DNA of 64,000 nt, taken from positions 896,001-960,000 of the forward strand of contig CAWHBU010000003.1 in assembly GCA_963827685.1 (NCBI GenBank), written 5' to 3'. Shown piece after piece: positions 28,142 to 38,890 of the stretch (the first letter of the stretch is position 1; every line of letters begins with the position of its first letter). The notes under the pieces are model-generated. The model was not told where the DNA came from. It searched no databases and saw only the letters and a program-made list of their open reading frames with translations. The translations under genes and the position numbers were made by a program. Source of the stretch: an uncultured delta proteobacterium (GTDB taxonomy: Bacteria; Desulfobacterota; BSN033; UBA1163).

Positions 28142-30327
28142 GAACATCCATGACAAGACGTACTTTTCTAAAAGGCTCCTTGGCAGCCGCTGGCTTAACC
28201 ATCGGAGTGTCTGTCACTCCTTTTGGCCATCGGCTTCTCAATGCGTCTGAAATAGACAGTTTCAGCCCGAATGCATGGTTTAAAATCACACCCGACAACA
28301 AGGTCGCCATATTCATTGGCAATTCCGAGATGGGACAGGGAGTTCTGACTGCCCATTCCATGATCATCGCGGATGAGCTTGAAGCAGATTGGAAACAGGT
28401 CAGGGTGTTTCAGGGCGGGGCAAAGGACGAATTCAAGAGCCCTATCTTGAAAGTACAAATTACAGTAGGAAGCGCCAGTGTTAGAGGGTTTTACGAGCCA
28501 TTGCGAAAAGTGGGCGCAGCCGGACGTGCGATGCTGATCAAAGCAGCAGCCGAGACCTGGAAAGTCCCTGAAAATGAGTGCAAAGCTTCACTGGGAACTG
28601 TAAAACATGAAAAGAGCGGGCGCACCCTCACCTACGGTCAACTCTGCCTGAAAGCAGCGAAACTCGAAATTCCAAAGGATCCTCCCCTTAAGAAAGAAGA
28701 AGAGTTCAGATATATGGGCAAACCCATGCCCCGTGTGGATGTACCGGAAAAGGTGAGCGGTAAGGCGGTCTATGGTCTCGATGTTACGCTCAAGGATTTA
28801 CATTATGCCGTTATCGCACGGCCTCCTGCTTATGGTGCAAAGCCCCTATCATTTGACCAGAAAGCGGCAGAGCAGGTGAGCGGGGTATATAAGGTTGTTC
28901 AGATCCCTCAGGGGATTGCAGTATGCGCGAAATCTGTTGGTACGGCTTTAAAAGGACGGGATGCGCTGAAGGTGAACTGGGACAAAGGTGTCCTTCCGGA
29001 CATGAATAACGATTATGTCGAGAAGTCTATGAGCGAAGACCTGAACAAACCAATGGTCTCCGTGGTGAACACAGGCGACACCAAAAAAGCCATCAGTGGG
29101 GCAGCTAAAAAGGTTGAAGCAAATTACTATGTTCCTTGTGTGGCACATGCGCTCATGGAACCCATAAACTGCACTGCCTATGTGCAAAATGACCAGTGCG
29201 ATGTGTGGGCACCTACCCAGACTCAGACAGTCACCCAAATGGTCGCCTCAGGCGTATCGGGATTACCTCCGACGAAGGTCAATGTGTACACCACCTTTCT
29301 CGGATGCGGCCTAGGTAGAAGGGCGAGGCCGGATTTCGTGGCGGAGGCAGTTGCTATTTCAAAAGCCACGGGGAAGCCGGTCAAGGTCATGTGGACAAGG
29401 GAAGAAGATATCAAGTACGATGCCTTTCGCGCGCCCGCGTCTCACCGGATTGAGGCCGGCCTTGATGCTAAGGGCCAGTTGATCGGATGGTCTCACAAGG
29501 TCGTCAGCCCTTCCATCTTGAAAGACATCGCTCCTGCTGCAATCAAAAGCGGGATCGATTTCTATTGTCTGTGGGGTCTTGCAGATGCACCAGACTCTCC
29601 AATGTGGAACAACAGGATCCAGTATGAAATACCGAACCTCAACATCGAGTTCCTCATATCCAATCTACCCATGCCTGTGGCTCCATGGCGTTCGGTCCAG
29701 AACGGTCCCAATGCCTTTGTCATTGAATCTTTCGTCGACGAGCTGGCGCATGCGGCAGGGAAGGATCCCCTCGAGTTTCGCCTACAGAATTTAAAGAACA
29801 ATATGCGCGCTCGCCGCGTGCTAGAGACGGTGGCTGAAAAGGCTGGCTGGGGCAAATCCATACCAAAGGGCCAAGGCAGGGGCATTGCCCAGCATGCATG
29901 CTTTGGAACCTGGACGGCCCAGGTGGCCGACATATCGGTGGACAAGAGAGACGGCACGATCAAGGTTCATCGGATTGTGGCGGCTGTGGATTGCGGACCC
30001 GTGGTGAACCCCGATCCCTTGGTAGCCCAGATTGAGGGGGGCATTATTATTTCTCTGGGCACGGCACTCAAGGAGGAGGTCAAGTTCGCGAATGGTGGCG
30101 TCAAATCTGCCAATTTTGACGATTATAGTGTTATGCGGATGAATGAAGTGCCTGAGATCGAGGTCCACATTGTCAAAAGCAATGAGAAGATCGGCGGTAT
30201 CGGAGAGGTGGGCGTTCCTGCTGCAGCACCTGCTGTTGCAAATGCGTTCTTCAATGCAACCGGTGTTCGGATAAGGCGTCTCCCCTTGAATCCTAAGACT
30301 GTTATGGAGGCCATGAAGAAAGTGTGA
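28138..30327 (+). CDS. Molybdopterin large subunit, IorB/xanthine dehydrogenase family, Tat-exported
   Basis: TRRTFLK, SEMGQG, HALMEP, WRSV, AQIEGG, GGIGE; ATGA overlap with the alpha subunit. Confidence 0.92.
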   Translation: MRTSMTRRTFLKGSLAAAGLTIGVSVTPFGHRLLNASEIDSFSPNAWFKITPDNKVAIFIGNSEMGQGVLTAHSMIIADELEADWKQVRVFQGGAKDEFKSPILKVQITVGSASVRGFYEPLRKVGAAGRAMLIKAAAETWKVPENECKASLGTVKHEKSGRTLTYGQLCLKAAKLEIPKDPPLKKEEEFRYMGKPMPRVDVPEKVSGKAVYGLDVTLKDLHYAVIARPPAYGAKPLSFDQKAAEQVSGVYKVVQIPQGIAVCAKSVGTALKGRDALKVNWDKGVLPDMNNDYVEKSMSEDLNKPMVSVVNTGDTKKAISGAAKKVEANYYVPCVAHALMEPINCTAYVQNDQCDVWAPTQTQTVTQMVASGVSGLPPTKVNVYTTFLGCGLGRRARPDFVAEAVAISKATGKPVKVMWTREEDIKYDAFRAPASHRIEAGLDAKGQLIGWSHKVVSPSILKDIAPAAIKSGIDFYCLWGLADAPDSPMWNNRIQYEIPNLNIEFLISNLPMPVAPWRSVQNGPNAFVIESFVDELAHAAGKDPLEFRLQNLKNNMRARRVLETVAEKAGWGKSIPKGQGRGIAQHACFGTWTAQVADISVDKRDGTIKVHRIVAAVDCGPVVNPDPLVAQIEGGIIISLGTALKEEVKFANGGVKSANFDDYSVMRMNEVPEIEVHIVKSNEKIGGIGEVGVPAAAPAVANAFFNATGVRIRRLPLNPKTVMEAMKKV

Positions 30328-30620
30328 GATGATGAACGGAACTGAGTGTGACGGGATGCCACCGAGCTTTTGGCCGGCGACATCCCGTTTCTTTTCTGAC
30401 TATTGACATTGGCCAAAAACGAATCGCCGATAGCGCATGGCTCGTGGCCCTATTGAGATGCTGAAAAAGGTACGGTGAGGCAAGCGACTCAGTCTTTTAC
30501 TCTATTCAAGCGAGAAATAGAAAAAATTTTAACGATAGATCAGGAGGCATTAAACCTCTTCGCTTGCCTCCTGCCAACCCTCGACATGCGAACCTGTAAA
30601 TAGCGTAATCGAAAAACCTG

Positions 30621-31598
30621 CTACACATTCTTCAAAAACTTTCTACCATTCTCACTGAAAATCCCTTTAATCTGTTTCTGAGAGAGAGGCAGCCTTTTGA
30701 TCTCCCCGACAAATTTCTTAATCTCCTCCCCGCCTCGGATCTCCTGAGGATAATCGGTACCAAAAAGAAGTTTTTCGGGCCTGATCTCAACCAGGGCACA
30801 CTTCACAGGGTTGATGTTGCCAAAACATCCACCCATGTCAAAGTATAGCCTGTTCAGGTAATTCCTGAAGGGTTCCCGTGGCAATTTTCCATGCCTTGGA
30901 TGATCCGCTATTCCCCAAAAGACCTTATCCTGATAGGGCTCGATCCGACCCATGAGGGCCGAAATTCCGCCTCCCATGTGGGAGATAATAAAGTCTAATT
31001 CTGGAAACTCATCCAAAACACCGCCGTTGATCAGCCGTATGACCGCGAGCACCAGCTGAAATTCCCTGCCCACGCTCCGCCCCAGATCATAATCCAGATA
31101 GTTCCCTGACGAACTTAGGGCTGGATGAACAAAGATGAACAGGCCCAACTCTTGCACCCTACGGTAAAAAGGCCGCAATTCCGGTGCATCAAGTTCTGTC
31201 TCTCCAACGGCCGAAGCAATGACAACCCCTTTGAACCCCAGTTCAGACACCGTCCTCTCCAGTTCACGAAAAGATGCCTCTCCCCCCAGAGGAGGAACAT
31301 GAGCCATGCCTTGAAACCTACCTGGAAAACGTTCTTCAACCCATTTTAACTTATCATTCACCATATGACATTGATTCACATCATTGACCAAACCGGAAGG
31401 TGAGGATAGGATGGCTACATCGACACCAGCCTGATCCATACAGGCAATGTGCTCTTCCAAAGCGAATAATTGCCGGCGAGGCATGGAAGCAGGTACCCCA
31501 TTTACAAAAATGGTCCTGGGCGTACCGCCCGGCCCCAACTTATCACGCACCAATTCTTCCGGCGAATAATGAATGTGAAAATCAACAATCATACCCAT
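30621..31598 (-). CDS. Amidohydrolase_2 family protein (ACMSD-like)
   Basis: DFHIH, FVHP, HMGG, FGTDYP. Confidence 0.88.
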   Translation of the reverse strand: MGMIVDFHIHYSPEELVRDKLGPGGTPRTIFVNGVPASMPRRQLFALEEHIACMDQAGVDVAILSSPSGLVNDVNQCHMVNDKLKWVEERFPGRFQGMAHVPPLGGEASFRELERTVSELGFKGVVIASAVGETELDAPELRPFYRRVQELGLFIFVHPALSSSGNYLDYDLGRSVGREFQLVLAVIRLINGGVLDEFPELDFIISHMGGGISALMGRIEPYQDKVFWGIADHPRHGKLPREPFRNYLNRLYFDMGGCFGNINPVKCALVEIRPEKLLFGTDYPQEIRGGEEIKKFVGEIKRLPLSQKQIKGIFSENGRKFLKNV

Positions 31599-31665
31599 TC
31601 TCCTTCGTTCTGCTTATGATTGTAGCTTTCTTTGAATTTGACGATTAAACACGCACCCCTTCTGC

Positions 31666-32847
31666 TCAGGTTGCTTTTATTACCTCCTCATCCTCAATCT
31701 TTTGAAATCGAGGAACAACTATGATTGAACTTATGATATATTGAATTTTTCCATATACAATAGAGGTCAAAGCCGTAAGCGGACTAAAGTGCCTCAACGC
31801 GACGAGCATGGCCATTGCCGCATTTTCTACACCGACTTCAAAACATATGGCCTTGCGTTGTTTATAATTAAACCCGAAGTATTTTGGGAGATAATATCCT
31901 AATGAAAGCCCCGCCACCGCCTGTATAACACAAACGACCACAAGATATAGAAGGATGGAAAATTGTTTGATCAATGTACTGGTCCCTTTGGACATGGTGC
32001 CCATAATGATAAAAGTTAAGCATATGACCGCTATCGGGCCAAGTGCCGGCTTAATTTTACTTATATATTTCTGAAAAATAGAGCCTAAAATACTACCCAC
32101 GACTACAGGCACAAGCACTATCCATAAGAGATCTCGAAAAATCGCACCCGCATTCAGATTGGCCATGCTTCCGGCCAGCCACAAAATTAAGAGTGGCTGT
32201 ATAAAAGGCGCAATGATCGTATTGATCGACGTAACCGAAACTGACAGCACCAAATCGCCCCCGCTAACCATGGTCAGTGCGTTTGATCCTCCTCCCGTCG
32301 GTGTTGTACCTAAGATGATCAAACCAATAGCTAAGGCCTTCCCAGTAGCCCCAGGAAATAACTGAATTAATACTAAAGAAAGAAGAAAGGCAACTAAAGG
32401 CATGCATAACCATCTCAGCAAAACACCAATTCCAACCACTTTAGGGTGTTTCAGCATGCCTTTCCAATCCTTGAAACTAATAGCCAGACCCATGGAAAAC
32501 ATGATAACCATTAGAAGATAGGGGCCAAAAGTTGGTACTAAGCTTTTCTCAACGGAAGGATAGAATAAATAACCGAACATGACGCCAAGCATAAGATAAC
32601 GTGACGGGTCTGACGCTATATAATTACTTATCTTTACCCACCAAGGAAGTGATGGGGAAGGTTTTTTTATGTCAATATAGGCGAAATAACCCAATAGTAT
32701 CCCGACGATCCATAATATGATGTTGGCTGCACTCACTATTGGCATCGCTCCGAGTGGGATACCAACGAATTTTGAGGCTACAAAAGGAATGAGAAAACCT
32801 AAAGTAATGCAGATACTGGAAAGATATTTTAGTCTTTTTGCTCCCAT
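31666..32847 (-). CDS. Bile acid:Na+ symporter (BASS) family transporter
   Basis: IMFSMGL, PTGGGSN, FEVGVEN, multiple TM segments. Confidence 0.9.
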   Translation of the reverse strand: MGAKRLKYLSSICITLGFLIPFVASKFVGIPLGAMPIVSAANIILWIVGILLGYFAYIDIKKPSPSLPWWVKISNYIASDPSRYLMLGVMFGYLFYPSVEKSLVPTFGPYLLMVIMFSMGLAISFKDWKGMLKHPKVVGIGVLLRWLCMPLVAFLLSLVLIQLFPGATGKALAIGLIILGTTPTGGGSNALTMVSGGDLVLSVSVTSINTIIAPFIQPLLILWLAGSMANLNAGAIFRDLLWIVLVPVVVGSILGSIFQKYISKIKPALGPIAVICLTFIIMGTMSKGTSTLIKQFSILLYLVVVCVIQAVAGLSLGYYLPKYFGFNYKQRKAICFEVGVENAAMAMLVALRHFSPLTALTSIVYGKIQYIISSIIVVPRFQKIEDEEVIKAT

Positions 32848-33357
32848 GGCAATCCCTCCCCTAAATTAGTTTAGAACGCACAATCTCGCAGTTTGTCCAC
32901 TTTTTGCTCAAGATCAAGACACTGTTTCTTCAAATGACATACATCATTGGATGAAAATTTGGCCCGATATATCTAAACTCAAATAAATGGATTGATTTTG
33001 GAATCAGGTAGGGAAAAAGGAAGTGTATCAAAAGAACCATTAAGATCCTCATTCACCCAGCCGTCGAGGAAGCTCACCGCCATCTTCACGGCAACCATAG
33101 GAGAAATTTCCTTTCTCCCTGCCAGCCTCAATATGACCTCGTGCCTGGTATGGTCAGGATATTTGTTGTGCTCGAAAACTTCTAAGGATCCTCCAGAAAT
33201 GAGGTCTGTAAAGAAGAAATCATCAGTATCCCCGTCCCGTATCTCCATGAAGAGTTACGAGTGAGGGATATTTTTGTGTAAACATCCCCGTTGACTTAAC
33301 CCTATCCAATTGGGCAAGCCCGTAGAACTTTTCCCTTCGGGTCGATTAGAGATCTAC

Positions 33358-34257
33358 TCACTTTAAATCTACAAATACCCTATCGCTACCGCCCGCTTGT
33401 GGCGGAGTGAAGACAGCAAAAATCTTGAACTCGCCATCACCCGCCGGATGAATGCCGTGGATGTATCCTCGCGAACAGAAATGAATCTCGCCAGGATGTA
33501 CTTTTACCCATTCTCCATTGATATACAGTTCGCCTACACCTTTATAGATGTAAATAGTTTCATCTGCCGAGCCATGATAGTGAACTGCGAGGCTGGGTCT
33601 CTGCGCGATCATTAGTTGGTTGCGCAGCGTCCCCATAGCCGCGTCGATCCGCATGGTTTTGCCGGGCTCGAATGGATGAGCGGCGTACCATTCGTCTAAG
33701 TTGATGTTATAGCCTTTCTTATACTGAGTATCCAGTAATGACCAGTCGCCCACAACAGCACCCACCTTGGCGGTGGTTATTTCGCTGTTTAGGAACACCC
33801 GGTCATTGGGAGGTGGAGATGGAGTGAAGATAGTAAGTTCCAGTAATGGCTCGTTGCCCACAACACGGGTAGCGTGGATGACTCCCCGGGGATTGTAGTG
33901 CAGGGTGCCCGGCTTCACCAAAACCCATTTGCCGTCAACATACTTTTCGCACTGGCCTTTAATCACAAACCCAATTTCATCGGCAAACCTATGGTAATGC
34001 AGATCGACAGTCTGACCCTTGTTGGCCGTCGCCATTACCGTGACCCGGGGTGTCTGAAATATCGGTTCCATCCTCATCATTTTCCCCGGTTCCACGGGAT
34101 GAGCCGCAAACCACTTCTCAAGATTCACGTTAAAAGGGCCTGCGTAGTTGGTATCGATCGAGCGGGCATCGCCGATCAGTTTGCTGTCGGGAGCGGCCAG
34201 TGCCCCCGTGCTCAGCAAGAACAAACCTGCAAGAACTACGATTAAAATGCGTTTCAT
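33358..34257 (-). CDS. Exported tandem-cupin protein
   Basis: Signal peptide after GAGGAGG; two HYH..DE....H cupin motifs; internal duplication. Confidence 0.85.
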   Translation of the reverse strand: MKRILIVVLAGLFLLSTGALAAPDSKLIGDARSIDTNYAGPFNVNLEKWFAAHPVEPGKMMRMEPIFQTPRVTVMATANKGQTVDLHYHRFADEIGFVIKGQCEKYVDGKWVLVKPGTLHYNPRGVIHATRVVGNEPLLELTIFTPSPPPNDRVFLNSEITTAKVGAVVGDWSLLDTQYKKGYNINLDEWYAAHPFEPGKTMRIDAAMGTLRNQLMIAQRPSLAVHYHGSADETIYIYKGVGELYINGEWVKVHPGEIHFCSRGYIHGIHPAGDGEFKIFAVFTPPQAGGSDRVFVDLK

Positions 34258-34751
34258 GTTTGTCCTCCTCTCATTTTGATTTGGTATATTATTTCGTATA
34301 CCACTATGGAAAATTTTGTCAAGCATTTTTTGCACCATTTCTTGCTCCAGCGGTAGGCGAAGAGAAAAGAACACCGATGATTATCAACGAATCCTCATTT
34401 TCCCAAGATCGTGCCGGTCAAGAGGTCGATTTGAAACTTTCGCCTACTAATCCTCAGTAGTAATAAAGACACATATTTGAAGATTACGAAATAAAAGTTG
34501 GGTAAAGATAAAATTTATGTCCCTTTCTATGCAACAAGGTGGAACTAATCTGTCCGTAGGCTGCGGGATGCCCGTAGCCTATGCTGGCACCAATTCGATG
34601 CCGAGAAGAAGCCTCGAAGGCTTACCGACCCAGTGGCTTAGGAGGTTCTTTCCCTTCTTATTGATTTTTGATCCAAATTTGGTAAACTCATAATGAAGTA
34701 AGGCACTCCAACAAGAGATTCTTATAATCTTTCCTTTTTAAAAAGACAATA

Positions 34752-36137
34752 ATGCCTAAAAGAACCACCATCACGGAAAAAGGGCTTGGAGAATCACTGT
34801 CAAGAGAGAGGGCAAACTTTATTATCGAGCAAAGCAAGATAAAACAGGTAACACCCTATGTTCTGGAAATAATCTTCTATGTTTTTGTGCTCATTCTTTT
34901 AATCACTGGGACTTATTCGAGGAATAGAATTTGGAATAGCGATATTGAACTCTGGACCGATTGTGTAAAGAAATCTCCCGACAAAGACCGACCGCATAAC
35001 AACCTTGGAAATGCTTATACCCATCAGGGGAAGTATCAAGAAGCTATTGCTCAATTAACTGAAGCGCTGCGGATTAACCCCCATTACGCTGATGCACATA
35101 ACAACCTTGGAATTGTGTATACCTATCAGGGGAAGTATCAGGAGGCTATTGCTCGATTGACCGAAGCCCTGCGGATCAACTCTAATTTTGCGGAGGCCCA
35201 TAACAACCTTGGAAGTGTCTATACGTATCAGGGGAAATATCAGGAGGCCATTGCTCAATTTACCGAAGCCCTGCGGATTAACCCCCATTACCCGGAGGTA
35301 CATAACAACCTTGGAAGTGTTTATGCGTATCAGAGGAAGTATCAGGAGGCTATTGCTCAATTTACCGAAGCCCTGAAAATCAACCCCAACTACGCTGAGG
35401 CGCATAACAACCTTGGAAGTGCTTTCAGTCATCAGGGAAACTATTCAGAGGCCATTGCTCGATTGACCGAAGCCCTGCGGATTAACCCTAACAATGCGGA
35501 GGCACATTACAATTTTGGAATTGCTTTCAGCCGCGAGGGTAAGTACCAGGAAGCTATTGCTCAATTTAGCGAAGCGCTGCGGATCAGCCCCAATTATGCT
35601 GAGGCCCATAACAACCTTGGAAATGCTTATACCCGTCAGGGGAGGTATCAGGAGGCCATTGCTCAATTTACCGAAGCCCTGCGGATCAGCCCCAATTACG
35701 CTGAGGCCCATAACAACCTTGGAAATGCCTATGCCCATCAGAGGAGGTATCAGGAGGCCATTGCTCAATTTAGCGAAGCCCTACGGATCAACTCTAATTT
35801 TGCGGAGGTGCATAATAACCTTGGAAATGCTTATACTGATCAGGGGAGGTATCAGGAGGCCATTGCTCAATTTAGCGAAGCGCTGCGGATCAACTCTAAT
35901 TTTGCGGAGGTGCATAATAACCTTGGAAATGCTTATACTGATCAGGGGAGGTATCAGGAGGCTATTGCTCAATTTACCGAAGCCCTGCGGATCAACCCCA
36001 ATTACGCTGAGGCCCATTACAATCTTGGAATTACATATCTTACGATGGGCGATAGCAGCTCAGCCTTCAAAGAATATCAAATCCTAAAGAAGATGAATCC
36101 AGGTTTGGCCAACCGTTTCTATGGAAAGACTAAATAG
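34752..36137 (+). CDS. TPR protein with about 11 tandem 34-aa repeats, resembling the C-terminus of TMTC-type proteins
   Basis: TM, then TYSRNRIW..DIELW, then near-identical 102-bp DNA repeats. Confidence 0.9.
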   Translation: MPKRTTITEKGLGESLSRERANFIIEQSKIKQVTPYVLEIIFYVFVLILLITGTYSRNRIWNSDIELWTDCVKKSPDKDRPHNNLGNAYTHQGKYQEAIAQLTEALRINPHYADAHNNLGIVYTYQGKYQEAIARLTEALRINSNFAEAHNNLGSVYTYQGKYQEAIAQFTEALRINPHYPEVHNNLGSVYAYQRKYQEAIAQFTEALKINPNYAEAHNNLGSAFSHQGNYSEAIARLTEALRINPNNAEAHYNFGIAFSREGKYQEAIAQFSEALRISPNYAEAHNNLGNAYTRQGRYQEAIAQFTEALRISPNYAEAHNNLGNAYAHQRRYQEAIAQFSEALRINSNFAEVHNNLGNAYTDQGRYQEAIAQFSEALRINSNFAEVHNNLGNAYTDQGRYQEAIAQFTEALRINPNYAEAHYNLGITYLTMGDSSSAFKEYQILKKMNPGLANRFYGKTK

Positions 36138-36340
36138 ACCCCTGCCCTTCTGGTTTTTATAGGGTGAAAAACGATTAAAGGCAGTGTCCGAAGTGCCCCT
36201 TTCTTTCAGGCCTCGCTTCTCATCTCCGTATCGAGGATTACTAATTGAAACGTTGCACTATTAAATAAAATTGCAAAATAACAGTTTCAGGAAGGAAGCG
36301 TTCAAAAGGGGATTACTTGATACGCCTATTACTCTGCACT

Positions 36341-36661
36341 TTAAGACCAGCGCGTTAGTTGACGATTACCGTTTCTAGGCTGCGGAGTGTTGTCGAGTTG
36401 CCGCTCCTGCAGAAGCAGTCGGCGCAAGGTTCTCAAGTGGTTCAAAATTCGGCGACTGGTGGTCATGGCCTGACTCAGTTTCGCCAGGTTGGCGGAGACA
36501 AGCTGGAGGGCTTTCTTGCTACGTTCCGAGCGATTGCTTTCCGACAGTGCGATGTCCGCATCCACGTCACGCCTGGATTCATTGATCGCTTCGATCAGCA
36601 GTTTCACAAACTGCTCCGCGCTTTCGATGTTGTCAAATGGAGTCTCTGGCCTGTAGCTCAT
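36341..36661 (-). CDS. Hypothetical coiled-coil protein
   Basis: 106-aa ORF, helical pattern. Confidence 0.6.
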   Translation of the reverse strand: MSYRPETPFDNIESAEQFVKLLIEAINESRRDVDADIALSESNRSERSKKALQLVSANLAKLSQAMTTSRRILNHLRTLRRLLLQERQLDNTPQPRNGNRQLTRWS

Positions 36662-36693
36662 GCCGTTTGTGACCCTTCCACTACTGCCTTCGC

Positions 36694-36936
36694 CTATAAG
36701 ACTGGCCCAAACGCTATATAATTGTTGCTTTCATTGATTTCTGGATTAAAATTTACCCGAATAAAATAGATCTCATTCGACTCTGTATTTGAATGATCAG
36801 ATAAAACCTTCGTTATCCAATTCATGATTGACTGCCGAGTTACTCTTTCTGAATCCCTTCTTCTCTCGGGTAGTATCCCGATTAATTGTTCAGCCCCTGT
36901 TTTGAGACGAAAATAAAATTCGTAGGCCACCATCAC
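36694..36936 (-). CDS. Small hypothetical protein
   Basis: VAYEFY...LIGILPERR; RBS-like GAGGAAGG. Confidence 0.6.
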   Translation of the reverse strand: MMVAYEFYFRLKTGAEQLIGILPERRRDSERVTRQSIMNWITKVLSDHSNTESNEIYFIRVNFNPEINESNNYIAFGPVL

Positions 36937-37227
36937 GAATCCCTTCCTCTGACATTCTACTCCATGATATAATATTCACAATCATCATTAAAACAAGATT
37001 AAAATAGAATTAGAATTTTCTAATTTTTCTTGACCTGCCGAGTGATTAGTGCCAAAGGTCCCAGAGAGAATAGAGTACTCTATTTGCAGTCGAAATGTTG
37101 AATAGATCGGAAATCCGATCCTCCGAGGATCACAGGAAGAAGTTCTCGGTCAGTACTTCTGACAGTGATCGTGCCTTGGGGGGTGGGGTTGCTGAAACTG
37201 CCAGGGATAAATTTAGAGTGAAAAGTA

Positions 37228-37750
37228 AAGAACCCCGCAGCAGAGCTGCGGGGCATTAAAATTCAAAACTTAATTGCTCCTGTTGCTGATACTTTATATA
37301 GCGACGTATGACTTCAGAGGTAACTTTGTCTCCAACAGACCGAACAAAATACCCATCACTCCAAAACTCTCCACCCCAAAGCTCTTTCTTCACCTCTGGA
37401 AACTGCTTGAACACCATTTTCGCCGAGATACTCTTTATGATCTGCACAATCTCTGCCGGACAATACCGAGGAGGGGCAGACAAAAATAAATGAACATGAT
37501 CATCCTTTACCTCCATCGTATCTATCTCAAACTCGTACCTCTCCGATATTTGCTCAAAACTCATCTTAAGCCTTTTTGCCAACTCACCTCCCAATATCAT
37601 CTTCCGATATTTGGGAACCCATACCATATGATATTTCAAATCGTAGACCGCATGGCTTGTTCTTTTTATCGAGCTCATGCAGTACTTATACCATGTCTTA
37701 TCGCTTCGCGAACCTGTTTTCATCCGCCCAGCAGAGCTGGGCGGTATTCA
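37228..37750 (-). mobile_element. IS200/IS605-family element, tnpA only
   Basis: Subterminal hairpins CCCCGCAGC-AGA-GCTGCGGGG and CCGCCCAGC-AGA-GCTGGGCGG flank tnpA. Confidence 0.85.
37256..37678 (-). CDS. tnpA: IS200-type Y1 HUH transposase
   Basis: YHMVWVPKYR, DHVH, LWGGEFWSDGY, YIKYQ. Confidence 0.95.
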   Translation of the reverse strand: MSSIKRTSHAVYDLKYHMVWVPKYRKMILGGELAKRLKMSFEQISERYEFEIDTMEVKDDHVHLFLSAPPRYCPAEIVQIIKSISAKMVFKQFPEVKKELWGGEFWSDGYFVRSVGDKVTSEVIRRYIKYQQQEQLSFEF

Positions 37751-37792
37751 ACAGGTATTTTTTATAAACATTGAAAAAAACAAACCAAGAAA

Positions 37793-37922
37793 CTCCTCTC
37801 CCCTGGCGGGAGGGGATTAAGGGGAGGGGGACAAAAAAGGTGATAATGCACCCTCACCCCAGCCCTCTCCCCTGCCTTCGCCGAAGCGGCTTCGCGCAGG
37901 CAGGCATCAAGGGAGAGGGGGA
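37793..37922. repeat. Pair of CCCTCTCCC/GGGAGAGGG REP-like palindromes with a nested CCTGCC...GGCAGG palindrome
   Basis: Direct reading; related palindromes near 6322, 45330 and 55941. Confidence 0.6.
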
Positions 37923-38002
37923 ACTAGATCGAGTTAATGTCTATTCTTGGGTTGGAATTATAAGACGGGAATCGGTCGAAAACCGAGGATAGCAAGTTGT
38001 TC

Positions 38003-38890
38003 TTATGCGGCGCAAGGAACCGAGCGTCCGGGCAAAATTTCCATACGGTATTTTCTCACGGGCAGCTTTTCAGACATTAGGAACTCCCTGATTTTCGAGA
38101 GGGGCAGAATCTCCAAATCCATGCCGCGAAGGGTTTCACAGATCTCGACGAAATATCTGCTCCAGACTCCACCTTCCACCTCGGCATGGACAGGGAGGAC
38201 GTGCATTCCCCCGTCCTTCAGAATTTGAAGAATGGTTGAAACACCCTGAGGTACACCGATTTCTTCAAGACAAGGAAGATCCGAAGGAATTTCCATCAGA
38301 CCCGGAATTTGATGAATAAAAGGTTCCTTCGCCCGCGTGCAGCTCAGATATCGAAAGGAGTATCTTTGCACAATCTCCAGCACCCTGTCGTCAATGATCC
38401 AAGAAGGCGCTCCAAAAGAAGAAGGCTCCTGTCGAACCAATTTCCTATAAGCGCTGATGCCCTTCTCAAACCAATCCTCAATCCATTCAGAAGATCGTTT
38501 ATGAAGTTCATCCTGCCATCGCCTGTGATCCCAAGCATGAAACTCCACTTCATGCCCTGCTTCAATAATTTGCTCAACGAGGTCCGGGAAAGAAAGCGCA
38601 ATCATGGGTGAGGGAAGCAGCGTGCCGTACAGGGCGGTCCTCATTCCGTAAAGGCGGCCCGCATTCGTTCTTAACATTTTTCTAAGAAAGCGCGGGTTTT
38701 TTACCAGTTGAAGGATGGCCCTCCCCGAGGCATCCGGCCCCATGCTCAGATAAAACGTCGCTTGAATACCAAAACGGTTTAAAATGGAGAGAAGGCGCGG
38801 GACACCTCGCTTCATACCGATATAAGTGTCGACATCAATCTTAAGGCCCAGAATGTTTTTTCTATTTGTTGCCCCCGACAAGGTCTTCAT
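38003..38890 (-). CDS. arnD: ArnD-like deformylase (polysaccharide deacetylase fold)
   Basis: LKIDVDT, MGPD, HAWDH, HAEVEG; arn context. Confidence 0.85.
   Translation of the reverse strand: MKTLSGATNRKNILGLKIDVDTYIGMKRGVPRLLSILNRFGIQATFYLSMGPDASGRAILQLVKNPRFLRKMLRTNAGRLYGMRTALYGTLLPSPMIALSFPDLVEQIIEAGHEVEFHAWDHRRWQDELHKRSSEWIEDWFEKGISAYRKLVRQEPSSFGAPSWIIDDRVLEIVQRYSFRYLSCTRAKEPFIHQIPGLMEIPSDLPCLEEIGVPQGVSTILQILKDGGMHVLPVHAEVEGGVWSRYFVEICETLRGMDLEILPLSKIREFLMSEKLPVRKYRMEILPGRSVPCAA

Noticed and set aside
32979-33350. 89-aa ORF that looks like a decayed gene fragment
   Set aside because: No RBS, an upstream in-frame stop, and no family I can recognise; not supportable as a feature.
34985-36060. 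Regular repeats suggesting a CRISPR array or DGR
   Set aside because: Units are contiguous in-frame 102-bp TPR codons with no unique spacers; no cas or reverse transcriptase gene is in the window.
37060-37230. TnpB/omegaRNA associated with the IS200 element
   Set aside because: The right-end hairpin follows the tnpA stop directly, and no tnpB ORF is present.
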